From a virus (lineage: Duplodnaviria; Caudoviricetes): a stretch of 40,952 nucleotides of DNA. The translations under genes were made by a program, and so were the position numbers. Location of the stretch: the IMG/VR virus record IMGVR_UViG_3300035141_000004, positions 1 to 40,952 of that record. One strand, 5' to 3'. How positions within the stretch are numbered: position 1 is the first letter of the stretch; each line of letters begins with the position of its first letter. The notes below the pieces were generated by a model that was given only the letters and a program-made list of their open reading frames with translations, searched no databases and had not been told where the DNA came from. Positions 1 through 10,284 of the stretch are shown here, piece after piece.

Positions 1-124
1 CCCATATTTTTTCAAAAATGGGTTTTCGTGGATAGGGGGTTTTGAAAAATACAAACAAAACAATGACTTATGTAGTTCGTGACATGTTATGTCATGGTAA
101 GAATCGTATCTAGATGAGGTGATT

Positions 125-637
125 ATGGGAGCACGCGGACCAAAACCGACACCGGCAAAGCTTTTGCTGCTGAAGGGCAATAAGCAGGCAGGAAAAAAGA
201 ATGCGTTGGAGCAAGAGGCCAACGCGGTTGATGTCAGAATCCCTTCTGCCCCGTCATTTGTCCAGGGCCTGGCCCTGCGTGAATGGCGCCGCATTACCAG
301 GGTGCTGAAGCAGTATGGACTCATTACCCTGCTGGATCGGGCTGCCGTTGCGGCATACTGCATCAGCTATCAGCGATGGGCTGAGGCCGAGGCGGTGATC
401 CAGGATCGTGGTCCGGCTGGTATGGTGCAGACATACGACTCCGGCGCACAGGCGATTGATCCAATGGTGAGCATCGCAAATAAATACAATAGTCAAATGG
501 TTGGTTATTTGCATGAGTTTGGACTGACGCCATCTGCTAGGCGGGCGGTCACCATCTCCAGACAGGACGACGGTGATCCTGATGGCGGCGATTCTGGGCC
601 TGGCGAGGAAGAGAGTCCAGAGGATTTTTTTGATTAA
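125..637 (+). CDS. terS: Terminase small subunit (P27-family-like)
   Basis: MGARGPKPTPAKL..LKGN start, A..EW.RI...L, GLTPSAR motif; first gene of the packaging module; ATG 125 follows GAGGT. Confidence 0.9.
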   Translation: MGARGPKPTPAKLLLLKGNKQAGKKNALEQEANAVDVRIPSAPSFVQGLALREWRRITRVLKQYGLITLLDRAAVAAYCISYQRWAEAEAVIQDRGPAGMVQTYDSGAQAIDPMVSIANKYNSQMVGYLHEFGLTPSARRAVTISRQDDGDPDGGDSGPGEEESPEDFFD

Positions 638-656
638 CAACTTAACGGTGATTAAT

Positions 657-950
657 ATGAGTACAATCAACTACATGTCAATTGAAGAGTTTGTGGATGG
701 CGGATATTTACAGGAAGTAAATCGCCGGTTTATGCATCCTTTGGGGCTTGCACTGGAGGTGTCGGTAGAAGGCGAGCAGTATGCATTAAGCGGCGTCTGG
801 GATTACCGCGACGATCCAGAGGGCATGTGCTTTGCGCGAGGAACTGTTGATCGTGATAAAGCAGACAGAATTGAGCTAGAGCTTGCGCAAAAGATACAGT
901 CTAGAAAAGAGTTGCTTGGTTATGATATCCAGCCTGTAGATGAAGATTAA
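657..950 (+). CDS. Small hypothetical protein between terS and terL
   Basis: ORF with GYLQEVNRRFMHPLGLALEV; overlaps terL start; start codon uncertain. Confidence 0.7.
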   Translation: MSTINYMSIEEFVDGGYLQEVNRRFMHPLGLALEVSVEGEQYALSGVWDYRDDPEGMCFARGTVDRDKADRIELELAQKIQSRKELLGYDIQPVDED

Positions 951-2670
951 GGATCGAGCAACACAGTACGCCAAAGACGTTGTGGCCGGCAAGATTATTG
1001 CCGGTCCGCACGTCATGGCTGCCTGTCGTCGGCATCTGAAAGACCTTGATCATGCTGGTGATCGTGGCTATGTATTTGATATCAATAAAGCTAATCGGGT
1101 CATAAAGTATTTCGAAAAGGTATTGATGCTGAACGGCGGTGACTTTGAGGGGGTGCCTTTTCGGCCTGAGCCTTGGCAGGCGTTTATTCTTGGCAGCCTG
1201 TTCGGCTGGGTTGAGGCTGACACTGGATATCGCCGTTTTCGAATGGCGTATATTGAGACGGCCAAAGGGAGTGGAAAAAGTCCTCTGGTCGGCGGCATCT
1301 GCCTTTATGGCTTGACGGCTGATGGCGAGAGCCGGCCTGAGATTTACGCGGCAGCCACCAAGCGCGATCAGGCTATGATCATGTTCCGCGACTCTGTTGC
1401 TATGGTGCGGCAGAGTCCGGCTCTGATGCAAAAGCTAGATTTGTCTGGTGGTTACGGCAAGGAATGGAACATTGCCAACCAGTCCAATGATGGATTTTTC
1501 CGCGCCATCTCATCAGGTGACGGGCAATCAGGCCCGCGCCCGCACATGGTAGCGCTAGATGAGATCCACGAGCACAAGACCAATGACTTGGTGGAGATGA
1601 TGCGCGCCGGCACCAAGTCCAGAAATCAGGCGCTGATCGTGATGATCACCAACAGCGGCCAGTCGTTACAGACCGTGTGTGGTGAGTATCATGACTACGG
1701 CATTAAGGTTTCCAATGGCGCGCTTGAAGATGATAGCTTTTTCGGGTACGTCTGCGCAGTCGATGAGGATGACGACCCTCTAGAGGATGAGTCGTGCTGG
1801 ATCAAGGCCAACCCGACGCTTGACGCCAAGATACCAATACCTGGATACAAGTACATCAGGGAGCAGGTCGCTGCGGCGAAGGGCATACCATCAAAGCTGG
1901 CCTATGTCAAGCGCCTTGCTTTTTGCCAATGGGTTGCCAGTGACAATCCGTTTATCAGCGCTGAGCTGTGGAATGAAACAGAGGAGGACTATCCAGTTGA
2001 GAAGCTTGAGGGCCGCCGCTGTTATGGAGGGCTTGATCTTGGCAGTACGCTGGACTTGACCGCGCTCGCCCTGGCGTTCGAGCCGACCCGACATGATCCA
2101 AAGTGGCGCTTGCTTGTGTGGCACTGGACGCCGAGGGATACGATGGTGGATAGGCGCAAGACCGACCGCGTGCCTTATGATACCTGGGCCGAGCGCGGCG
2201 AGATCTTCGCGCCACCTGGCAAGGCACTCAATAGAAAATATTTAGTGCAGCACACAGTTGAACTTATCAAGAAATACGATGTCATAAAGATCGGGTTTGA
2301 TCGGTTTCGGATCGAGAGCATGGTCACGGACATACAGAATGATGACGAGCTTGAATCGGCCGATGCCGCAGGGCTTGATGACATGCTCGTCATGCACGGC
2401 CAGGGATTCAAGGATATGAATCCAGCCGTTGAGGAGTTTGAGCGGCGATTGTTGGAAGGCGAGATGACGCACGACAGTAACCCAGTGCTTCGATGGTGCG
2501 CGTCAAATGCCGTTGTCGTGGCCGATCCGACTGAGCAAAGAAAGCTGGACAAAACAAAGGGTTGGGGCAGGATTGATGGAATGGTGGCGGCTGTGATGGC
2601 GGTTGGTACATCACTCAAGCACGCGCATGATGGTAAGGGTGGCGATAGGGTGTTTATATCATTAATATGA
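940..2670 (+). CDS. terL: Terminase large subunit
   Basis: PWQAF Q-motif, Walker A AKGSGKS, Walker B VALDEIHEH, nuclease GGLDLG and RIDGMVA motifs. Confidence 0.97.
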   Translation: MKIKDRATQYAKDVVAGKIIAGPHVMAACRRHLKDLDHAGDRGYVFDINKANRVIKYFEKVLMLNGGDFEGVPFRPEPWQAFILGSLFGWVEADTGYRRFRMAYIETAKGSGKSPLVGGICLYGLTADGESRPEIYAAATKRDQAMIMFRDSVAMVRQSPALMQKLDLSGGYGKEWNIANQSNDGFFRAISSGDGQSGPRPHMVALDEIHEHKTNDLVEMMRAGTKSRNQALIVMITNSGQSLQTVCGEYHDYGIKVSNGALEDDSFFGYVCAVDEDDDPLEDESCWIKANPTLDAKIPIPGYKYIREQVAAAKGIPSKLAYVKRLAFCQWVASDNPFISAELWNETEEDYPVEKLEGRRCYGGLDLGSTLDLTALALAFEPTRHDPKWRLLVWHWTPRDTMVDRRKTDRVPYDTWAERGEIFAPPGKALNRKYLVQHTVELIKKYDVIKIGFDRFRIESMVTDIQNDDELESADAAGLDDMLVMHGQGFKDMNPAVEEFERRLLEGEMTHDSNPVLRWCASNAVVVADPTEQRKLDKTKGWGRIDGMVAAVMAVGTSLKHAHDGKGGDRVFISLI

Positions 2671-2682
2671 GTATGAAAAAAT

Positions 2683-3894
2683 ATGTTTAAATGGCCCTGG
2701 TCAAAGAAGAACAGCCAGTCAACCCTGACAACTGAGGGTCTGATGGAGGCGCTGAATTTACAGAACATATCCACGTCTGGCATGCCTGTTACCCTAACAA
2801 CGGCTATGGGCGTCATTGCCGTATTGGCGTGTGCAAAGGTTATATCACACGGTCTTGCCCAGGTTCCGCTCAAACTGTTTCGGCCGCTACCTGGTGGTGG
2901 AAAGGTCGCTGAAACAAGCGGGCTTGGGCGCTTGCTGTATCGGCAGCCAAACAAGTTTCAGACGGCGTTTCAGTTCCGAAACATGATGGGCTTGCATTTG
3001 GTTTTGACCGGCACGTTTGCTGCATACATCAACCGATCTCTTGGAGATATCGTCGAGCTGTTGCCGCTGCCACCTAACCGCGTCAAGGTTGATGGCAGCA
3101 TGTGGGAGCCGGAATACTACGTAGATTTCGGTGAGGGCTACCGCAAGGTGCCGGCCGAGTATCTACTCTATATCAAGTCAGATACAATTGATGGCGTCAC
3201 TGGCCTGCAGGTTACCCAGTATGCGCGCGAGGCCATTGGCCTGACGATGGCGACAGATACTCACGCATCAAAGTTTTTTCGGAACGGTGGCGCTGCGGGC
3301 GGGCACTATACAACTGATATTCCAGACCTGAACGAAACTGAGCGCCAGGCTTTGCTGGATACGATCACAGAGATGGAGCAGCGCCAAGAGGGCGCGTTTC
3401 GGAATACCGCGCTGTGGGGCGGCATGAAGTACCAGCACAGGTCTTATGCCCCAGAGCAAGCCCAGCTCAAAGAGATCAGGGACCAACAGACAGAGCAAAT
3501 CGCTATGGCGCTTGGCGTCAATCCTATCATGATCGGCTACTCTGGCGGCAAGACCCCAACCTATGCCAGTGCTGAGCAGCTCTTTATCGCGCATGTCACC
3601 TATTGCCTTGGACCTTGGTACACGATGGTAGAGCAGGAACTATATCGTCAGCTTTTGACCGAAGATCAAAAAGATCGTGGATATGATTTTAAGCATATGG
3701 TCAATGGGTTGATGCGTGGCAGTCATAAAGATAGAGCAGATTATTTTAGTGTTATGCGCAATCAGGCAGGAGCGATGACTGGCAATGAGGTGCGCGCATA
3801 CGAGGATTTGAACCCGTTGCCTGGGGGCGATGACCTGTGGCGACCAATGAACACTGAAGTGGTCGGCGCACCGTCCGACACTGAGGAAAATTAA
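2683..3894 (+). CDS. Portal protein (HK97 family)
   Basis: V.AC..VIS..LAQVPLKL, PN..QT..F, FFRNGG, MT.NEVR..EDLNPLPGGD; follows terL. Confidence 0.95.
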   Translation: MFKWPWSKKNSQSTLTTEGLMEALNLQNISTSGMPVTLTTAMGVIAVLACAKVISHGLAQVPLKLFRPLPGGGKVAETSGLGRLLYRQPNKFQTAFQFRNMMGLHLVLTGTFAAYINRSLGDIVELLPLPPNRVKVDGSMWEPEYYVDFGEGYRKVPAEYLLYIKSDTIDGVTGLQVTQYAREAIGLTMATDTHASKFFRNGGAAGGHYTTDIPDLNETERQALLDTITEMEQRQEGAFRNTALWGGMKYQHRSYAPEQAQLKEIRDQQTEQIAMALGVNPIMIGYSGGKTPTYASAEQLFIAHVTYCLGPWYTMVEQELYRQLLTEDQKDRGYDFKHMVNGLMRGSHKDRADYFSVMRNQAGAMTGNEVRAYEDLNPLPGGDDLWRPMNTEVVGAPSDTEEN

Positions 3895-4601
3895 TGAACC
3901 TACAGCATAGAACTTTTGACGGCTTTGTTGTCAAATCAATAGGTGGCACAGAATCTGATATGATTTTCGAGGGGTACGGGTCGGTATTTAACAACATCGA
4001 TTCATATGGCGATACGATCGTTCCTGGTGCCTTTTCGAAGTCGATCGAGCGCGCGCACAAGGAAGGGCGGTGGCCCGCGATGCTGCTACAGCATGGTGGC
4101 GGTATGTTTGCAAGCTCAGTTGATATGACGCCTATCGGCATCTGGACTGAGATGGAAGAGGACGATCATGGCCTAAAGCTGACTGGTAAGCTTGCCAACA
4201 CCGAGCGCGGCCGCGAGGCGTATACACTTTTAAAGATGGAGCCGCGCCCTGCCATTACTGGTCTATCAATAGGATTTATAATCGATAAATCCAAGCCAGG
4301 TGAGGGTGTTGGGCAGGCTGACCAAATAATCCAGGAAGTTGATTTGTGGGAAACGTCTCTTGTTACGTTTCCAGCCAATGACGAGGCAAGGGTCTCCCAG
4401 GTTAAGTCTATACAAGATTTGCGTACTTTGCAAGAAATTGAGCGTTATCTGCGTGAGGCTTATGGCGCTAGTAGGGCAGAGGCAAAGTCCCTGGTGACAG
4501 GGATAAAAAGTTGTCTGCGCGAGGCAGATGAAAACCAAGCGGCGCTGAAAGATTCGATTTCCGCGCTTGAGCGAAATTTGAAAATTTTGAGAGGTGAATA
4601 A
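3894..4601 (+). CDS. Prohead maturation protease (HK97 family)
   Basis: FEGYGSVF..IDSYGD.I.PGAF, MLLQH, GLSIGF, LWETSLVTFPAN. Confidence 0.95.
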   Translation: MNLQHRTFDGFVVKSIGGTESDMIFEGYGSVFNNIDSYGDTIVPGAFSKSIERAHKEGRWPAMLLQHGGGMFASSVDMTPIGIWTEMEEDDHGLKLTGKLANTERGREAYTLLKMEPRPAITGLSIGFIIDKSKPGEGVGQADQIIQEVDLWETSLVTFPANDEARVSQVKSIQDLRTLQEIERYLREAYGASRAEAKSLVTGIKSCLREADENQAALKDSISALERNLKILRGE

Positions 4602-4603
4602 TC

Positions 4604-5824
4604 ATGTCTGAGTTGCAGACTCTTATCGAGGCCCAGGGCAGGGCCTTTGAGGAATTTAAGGCGGCCAACGACAAAAAGTTGGAGATGATTGAGAAAGGGC
4701 AGGTTGCTCCTGCTGATCTGGAAGAGAAGCTTAAAAAGATTGACGATGATCTTAACGTTAAGTTCAAGGCGATCCAGGCTGAGCTTGCAGAAGCGAAGCG
4801 GCCTAAGCTGTCACCTGAAGGTAAGGATGTATCTCCTGAGGTCATGGAGTACCGTGAAGCACTTAACGAATATTTGCGTACCGGTAAGGCCAAAGCCGAC
4901 TTGGAAGACCTGCAGAAGAAGGCGCTTTCCGGCATGTCAGATCCTAATGGAGCCTACTTCCTTGACGAGGAGCGCGACAGTCAGATTGATCGTATCGCAT
5001 CAACACAGTCGACGTTCTTGAGTCTGGCCGGAAACGTCACTATCGGCGCCCGGTCATACAAGAAACTTGTTAAGACTCGCGGGGTGGCCGGTGGTTGGCA
5101 GGGCCTTGAGACTGAGGCGCCTGGCGAGACCACTGCGCCTCAGTGGGCTGAAATTGAGATCATCCCGCAGACCGTATATGCAGAGCCGCATGCTCCAAAT
5201 GATCTGCTTGAGGACTCTGTTTACAACCTGGAAGCCGACCTTATGCAAGAGGCTGGCATCACTTTTGGTGAGCTTGAGGGTGATGCAGGATTAAATGGTG
5301 ACGGGATCAAAAAGCTGCGCGGCATGCTGACTCATACTGTTGTTGCCAATGCAAGCTATGCTTGGGGCAGCTTGGGGTATGTGGCATCTGGCGCCGATGG
5401 TGACTTTGCATCATCCAATCCTGGTGACAACATCATCAATTTGCAGCACGCCCTGAAGCAGCAGTACCGCAATGGCGCTGTGATGTTGATGGCTGATAGT
5501 ACCTTGTCTAAGGTACGTCAGATCAAGGATGGTAGTGGTAACTTTTATCTGTTCAACCCAGATGCTTCCGGTGGTTTCGCAGGTGCCGTGCTCGGCTCTC
5601 CGGTTGCGATAGATGACTACATGCCGGCGATTGATAGTGATACCTACTCTATCGCATATGGAAACTTCGCACGTGGATACAAGGTTGTACGGCGTCGTGG
5701 CGTGACCCTGATCCGTGATATCTACACCAAGAAAGGCTTTGTCAAGTACTACATGACTCGCCGCACCGGTGGAGATATCGTGAATTTTGAAGCCATCAAG
5801 CTGATGAAGTTCGCCGCTAGCTAA
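4604..5824 (+). CDS. Major capsid protein (HK97 fold, N-terminal coiled-coil delta domain)
   Basis: 406 aa after protease; coiled-coil N-terminus; NGDG.KK.RG, IAYGNF..GY, RD.YT.KGFVKYY..RR.GG. Confidence 0.95.
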   Translation: MSELQTLIEAQGRAFEEFKAANDKKLEMIEKGQVAPADLEEKLKKIDDDLNVKFKAIQAELAEAKRPKLSPEGKDVSPEVMEYREALNEYLRTGKAKADLEDLQKKALSGMSDPNGAYFLDEERDSQIDRIASTQSTFLSLAGNVTIGARSYKKLVKTRGVAGGWQGLETEAPGETTAPQWAEIEIIPQTVYAEPHAPNDLLEDSVYNLEADLMQEAGITFGELEGDAGLNGDGIKKLRGMLTHTVVANASYAWGSLGYVASGADGDFASSNPGDNIINLQHALKQQYRNGAVMLMADSTLSKVRQIKDGSGNFYLFNPDASGGFAGAVLGSPVAIDDYMPAIDSDTYSIAYGNFARGYKVVRRRGVTLIRDIYTKKGFVKYYMTRRTGGDIVNFEAIKLMKFAAS

Positions 5825-5836
5825 GTGATTTTTATT

Positions 5837-5852
5837 CCCGGAGCAATCCGGG
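5837..5852 (+). promoter_or_regulatory. GNRA-tetraloop hairpin downstream of capsid gene
   Basis: CCCGGA-GCAA-TCCGGG; no U-tail on + strand. Confidence 0.5.
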
Positions 5853-5865
5853 CGGGAGATGAAAG

Positions 5866-6285
5866 ATGAGAGATATGTTTAATTCATTGCAACCGCTGTA
5901 TCCTGCGGTTGTTACTGTCACTGACAATACCGCCGTTGTGTCTGGTATTGTCGATATGCAGGGCTATAAGTCCCTGACCTTTGCAATTGCCGCTGGAACC
6001 CTTGCCGACGCTGACGCCACATTCACCGCGCTTGTTGAAGAGGGTGACGAGTCAGATCTGTCTGATGCTGCCGGTGTTGCAGATGCTGATCTGCTTGGTA
6101 CTGAGGTGCTTGCTAGCTTTCAGTTTGACGATGACACTGAGACTCGCAAGATTGGTTATGTGGGTAGCAAGCGGTATGTCCGCTGCACTGTAACTCCTGC
6201 CAATAACTCCGGCTCTGCTCCAATTGCTATTATTGCACTGCTTGGTAGCCCGGCGCACGCGCCTGTTGCTAACCCGCCTGCGTAA
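5866..6285 (+). CDS. Putative capsid decoration/cement protein
   Basis: 139 aa beta-rich acidic protein right after capsid; IGYVGSKRYVR motif. Confidence 0.7.
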   Translation: MRDMFNSLQPLYPAVVTVTDNTAVVSGIVDMQGYKSLTFAIAAGTLADADATFTALVEEGDESDLSDAAGVADADLLGTEVLASFQFDDDTETRKIGYVGSKRYVRCTVTPANNSGSAPIAIIALLGSPAHAPVANPPA

Positions 6286-6301
6286 AAATAGCGCGTAAAA
6301 A

Positions 6302-6322
6302 GCCGGGGCGCTGTGCCCCGGC
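6302..6322. terminator. Hairpin, possible terminator or attenuator after head genes
   Basis: GCCGGGGC-GCTGT-GCCCCGGC preceded by an A-run (U-tail on - strand). Confidence 0.45.
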
Positions 6323-6336
6323 ACATGGTGCATGAA

Positions 6337-6912
6337 ATGAGAATAAGACCTTATAGCGTAACAGTGGCGCCAGCCATCGAGCCTGTCACTCTCGATGAGG
6401 CAAAGGAGCACCTTGGAGTACTGGTGAGTGATGACGATGATCTCATCACGGCGCTTATAATTGCGGCGCGCGAGTTTGTTGAAAACTACACCGGGCGCAA
6501 GCTTATCGAGCAAACTATTCAATACACGCTGCCAGACTTCCCGCTTGAAGGCGTGATCTATATACCGTCGTCTCCTGTCATTAGTGTAGACTCGGTTGAG
6601 TACGTCGATAGCGGCGGCGACGATCAGACGCTGAGTGCAGACCTCTACGAAGTTCGGGCGATAGAGCTACCACCCGAGATATCACTGCTTGGCGGCGAGT
6701 CGTGGCCATCAACAGATACAGACACAAGTGTGGCTGTTACGGTGACAGCGACGGTTGGATATGGGGATAGCGCGGACGACGTGCCGCATACAATAAAGAG
6801 CGCCATAAAGCTCATGCTGACAAAGCTATATGACATGGAGTCGTCGGAGGGACGATATTTAGATGATAGTATCAGGGCATTGCTGATGCAGCACAAGGCA
6901 TGGTGGGCATAA
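6337..6912 (+). CDS. Head-tail connector/adaptor (HK97 gp6-like)
   Basis: PAIEPVTLDEAKEHL.V..DDD.LI..LI.AARE.VE.YTGR; VP..IK.AI.L. Confidence 0.92.
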   Translation: MRIRPYSVTVAPAIEPVTLDEAKEHLGVLVSDDDDLITALIIAAREFVENYTGRKLIEQTIQYTLPDFPLEGVIYIPSSPVISVDSVEYVDSGGDDQTLSADLYEVRAIELPPEISLLGGESWPSTDTDTSVAVTVTATVGYGDSADDVPHTIKSAIKLMLTKLYDMESSEGRYLDDSIRALLMQHKAWWA

Positions 6913-7169
6913 TGACATCTGAAGATATGAGCACAAAACTATTGCGCGTGCAGCTGGAGCTGGTGGCGCTTCGCGAGCGCTTTGATCGCGCGGACGCAGA
7001 GAACGAGCGGCGAGACATGCGCCTTGAGGCCCTAGCAAAAGGCTTTGAGTCTATCAATAACACGCTCAAACAAATAAAGTGGATCGGCATCGGCGTACTT
7101 GTCGGTGCTGCTCTTGCGGCCGGCGACAAGATCCCCGGCCTAATAAAATTTCTAACGGCGGCGATATAA
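6912..7169 (+). CDS. Small coiled-coil protein with C-terminal TM segment (XhlA/holin-like)
   Basis: Coiled-coil then IKWIGIGVLVGAALAAG; TAATG coupling on both sides. Confidence 0.6.
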   Translation: MTSEDMSTKLLRVQLELVALRERFDRADAENERRDMRLEALAKGFESINNTLKQIKWIGIGVLVGAALAAGDKIPGLIKFLTAAI

Positions 7170-8608
7170 TGCTTTTTGCATGGCGCGTAAACAGTGACGG
7201 GACCATAAGGTCCGCTTATCCTCTGGGTGACTATACCGCACCTCCGGCACCTCCTGGCGGTGGTGACAACTACGACTACTCAGCATACCCTGTCACTCAT
7301 ATTGTTGACCCTACCGCTACAGTGGTGGGCACTGGGAGTGAGGCGAGTCCCTTAACTATCGCACAAGCGCAGGCACTATCTACGGTATCGTCATATGTAC
7401 ACTGTGAATGGAAGCCTGGAGCTGGGGCGATAGCTTTGCTAGATTCAAAGTGGCCCGCCGTCAGACCAAGTAACAGTGGCAGTGCAACACGCCCGATTAT
7501 CCATCGTGCGCGCAACCCCGCTATTAGTACGCCGAACCAAGCCGACCGTACCAGATTTACCCGCGCAAGTGGCGAGGGGTCGTTTTTTGGCGTGGGCATT
7601 GATGGCCTAAGTTTTTCTAATATCATTTGGGATGGATTCGAAAGTCTCGACTACTGCAACCGCAACAATGGTGATCGATTCGCTTGCTCAGTGTGGGGCG
7701 CGACTGATATCGCTATACGCCGTTGCATAATCGAAAATGGCGGTGGCGCCACAGGTAACCAGGACAATCACGGGTGCCTATGGGGACAGGACGTAACGGG
7801 CCTGGAAATCGGTGACTGCGAAATAGGAAACAACACGACAGGCCAGGGATATGAAAATAACTGCGCGTTAATGTTTTATGATGTCAACGGAGCGGATATC
7901 CACCATTGTGATATCTATGACAGTGACGGACTGGTCTTCTTCAAAGGTCTACACGGTGGATTTACTATGCGGGATAACACGGTAAGGCTGTGCAATCTTA
8001 CCGGTGGTACTAAAGCCGGTATATTGTACTCCTCTACAGATGGAGGTACTACCTTTGCCGATCTGCTAAGGATACACCAAAATATTATATCCACATGTAT
8101 GTGGGGCTTTTGGGTTAACGGCTATGGGGTCGGTTACCCTAATGGTGTGGCGGTGGTAAATAATCTTGTGAGGAATTGCACGTCAGCGTACCTCTTGAAG
8201 CCTGGCGTTGAAGGGAGCTATGACCCGCTGCTTATTAATCGTAACAACATTTTTTATGACAACAGCCAGGCCGGAGTTGAATCACAAGACACAAACTGGG
8301 CATCATCCCATACTGACTTTGACTTTGATCATAATGCTTTTCACAGCAACGGGACAGTCTATCGTGAGCAGGGATCAAGCAGAGACTGGACTTACTGGAC
8401 TGGACTCGGTAACGATGCCAATGGGACAACGGACGATCCAACTTTTGTTGATGCTGCTGGCGGAGACTACCGGCTAGAGACTGGGTCGACCCTATTTGAT
8501 GCTGGCGTGGACTATCTACAGCTGCTAGGCGGGTCACAAAGTGCGGCCATCAATATTGGCCCATATATATCTGCCTCTCAGGATGAGGTGATAGGAGTGC
8601 GTACATAA
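7169..8608 (+). CDS. Right-handed beta-helix (pectin-lyase-like) virion protein, possible depolymerase or adhesin
   Basis: Repeating I.I..C.I.N / NN.V.N / NNIFY.N rungs; C-terminal DP.FVDAAGGDYRL..GS...DAG...NIGPY. Confidence 0.8.
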   Translation: MLFAWRVNSDGTIRSAYPLGDYTAPPAPPGGGDNYDYSAYPVTHIVDPTATVVGTGSEASPLTIAQAQALSTVSSYVHCEWKPGAGAIALLDSKWPAVRPSNSGSATRPIIHRARNPAISTPNQADRTRFTRASGEGSFFGVGIDGLSFSNIIWDGFESLDYCNRNNGDRFACSVWGATDIAIRRCIIENGGGATGNQDNHGCLWGQDVTGLEIGDCEIGNNTTGQGYENNCALMFYDVNGADIHHCDIYDSDGLVFFKGLHGGFTMRDNTVRLCNLTGGTKAGILYSSTDGGTTFADLLRIHQNIISTCMWGFWVNGYGVGYPNGVAVVNNLVRNCTSAYLLKPGVEGSYDPLLINRNNIFYDNSQAGVESQDTNWASSHTDFDFDHNAFHSNGTVYREQGSSRDWTYWTGLGNDANGTTDDPTFVDAAGGDYRLETGSTLFDAGVDYLQLLGGSQSAAINIGPYISASQDEVIGVRT

Positions 8609-9669
8609 TGGCAACCTGGGGCAACACGACTAGCACCGCTACCGATTACCGCACTGTAAACAACAACTTTCGCGGCATCGAGATCACCATCAACGAGACG
8701 GGAAATATTACTTCGGTCCATGCTAGGGTTGCCGAGAGTACCACCGCCAACGAACACAATTGGAAAGCTGAAATATACGACGATTCGGCTAACCCTGTTC
8801 ACTTAGGATCATCGGATGTTGTCTCTACGGTAGGCACATCGATAGGCTGGGTCGAGTTTGCTTTTTCAACGCCAGTCGCGGTTACATCAGGAAACACTTA
8901 CCATGTTGTGCTATGGTCTGATGCAGGGTCTAGTGAGGCTCGCCTTATGCACGATAGCGGTGCCGGTATCACGGCAGCCGGACTGCATCAGACATATCCG
9001 ACACCACCAGACCCTTGGACAAGTCAGTATACAGATGCTCGCTACTACTCAGTATATGTAACTGTGTCAGGAGTGGTCGGCCGGTCAATAGACTCTATTG
9101 ATTCGTTCCGGCGCGGCGACACTGGCTCGACAATATCATGTACCGGCATGGATGCATCGCCAAGCACTCAGACAGTGACCATCACAGATGGCACGCACTC
9201 CGATACATGTACCGTCAATAGCTGGTCAGCTACCGCGATTGATATCGATGTCGATTGTGAGTTGCCGCCAGGCACTTATGATATCGAGATTACCGACGAT
9301 ACCGGCACAGAGACACTATCAGATCAGTTGCTGCTGATAGAGACAGGGTGGGAGACAATAGTATTTGATGGCAACACCCCTCCTGTCGACGAGGACTCGC
9401 TTGCGCGCGAGGTGATCATAGATCATCCAGAGATACCGGAGGTGGTTGCTGGCGATACATTTGGCGTCGAGTCTCACGCAGATGTTACTTGGGCTGTGGA
9501 CACCAGCGTGGTCATTGACCCGGCCGGAGAGCATACACTAAGTTACTGGTTTTGGGACGAGTCGACGGGAACCATGTACAGCGGCCCGCTGTCTATTACT
9601 ATTGATAGTGGGTCTTCTGTCGCGGCCAGAATCGCCGTGACAACCATTAATTTTTTGATCAGGGGTTGA
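8608..9669 (+). CDS. Putative virion accessory protein (beta-sandwich/Ig-like domains)
   Basis: Thr/Ser/Asp-rich; GWVEFAFSTPVAVTSGNTYHVV and V.SWS.T.I..PPGTYDI.ITD segments. Confidence 0.65.
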   Translation: MATWGNTTSTATDYRTVNNNFRGIEITINETGNITSVHARVAESTTANEHNWKAEIYDDSANPVHLGSSDVVSTVGTSIGWVEFAFSTPVAVTSGNTYHVVLWSDAGSSEARLMHDSGAGITAAGLHQTYPTPPDPWTSQYTDARYYSVYVTVSGVVGRSIDSIDSFRRGDTGSTISCTGMDASPSTQTVTITDGTHSDTCTVNSWSATAIDIDVDCELPPGTYDIEITDDTGTETLSDQLLLIETGWETIVFDGNTPPVDEDSLAREVIIDHPEIPEVVAGDTFGVESHADVTWAVDTSVVIDPAGEHTLSYWFWDESTGTMYSGPLSITIDSGSSVAARIAVTTINFLIRG

Positions 9670-9675
9670 CGCGAT

Positions 9676-10284
9676 ATGTATAAAAATACAGCTGGGAAAT
9701 GGGCGGTTTACGCATACGGCGCGCCAGATCATGCGACGCTGGCAGGATTGCCGGTGACAGGTGATGCCGCAAATATTACTGGCACCATTTACATCGACGG
9801 CGTTAGCAATGCAATTGACGATACCAACCCGACAGAGCTTGGTGGCGGATACTACGAGTTTGATGTGACCGCCGCAGAAACAAACGGCGCAAGCCTATTG
9901 ATGGTTGCGTCATCCTCGACAGCTGACGTGATTGTTGTTGGTGTGCCTGGTGCTGTATACACACAAGACACAACCGCAACCGTCGCGTCTGCAGTAACAA
10001 CCGACATGGACGCAAATAGCACTCAGCTGGCTGCCATTGCTGGATATCTCGATACCGAGATAGCTGCGCTACAGGCTGACGTGACCGCTATCCTTGCAGA
10101 CACCAACGAGCTGCAGGGTGATATCACAGACGGCGGAAGAGTTGATTTGCTGATTGACGCCATTAAGGCAAAGACAGATCAGATGATCTTTACTATCACA
10201 AATCAGATTGACGCTAACATCCAGTCTATCAATGACGTCACAATCACCGGTGATGGGCAGGTTGGTACGGAGTTTGGTGTATAA
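9676..10284 (+). CDS. Putative virion accessory protein (Ig-like N-terminus, coiled-coil C-terminus)
   Basis: PTELGGGYYEFDVTAAETN; AILADT.ELQ and DAIKAKTD segments. Confidence 0.65.
   Translation: MYKNTAGKWAVYAYGAPDHATLAGLPVTGDAANITGTIYIDGVSNAIDDTNPTELGGGYYEFDVTAAETNGASLLMVASSSTADVIVVGVPGAVYTQDTTATVASAVTTDMDANSTQLAAIAGYLDTEIAALQADVTAILADTNELQGDITDGGRVDLLIDAIKAKTDQMIFTITNQIDANIQSINDVTITGDGQVGTEFGV

Noticed and set aside
2175-2954. Long antisense ORFs (also 13395-14120, 31952-32530)
   Set aside because: Shadows of well-supported genes on the other strand; no motifs
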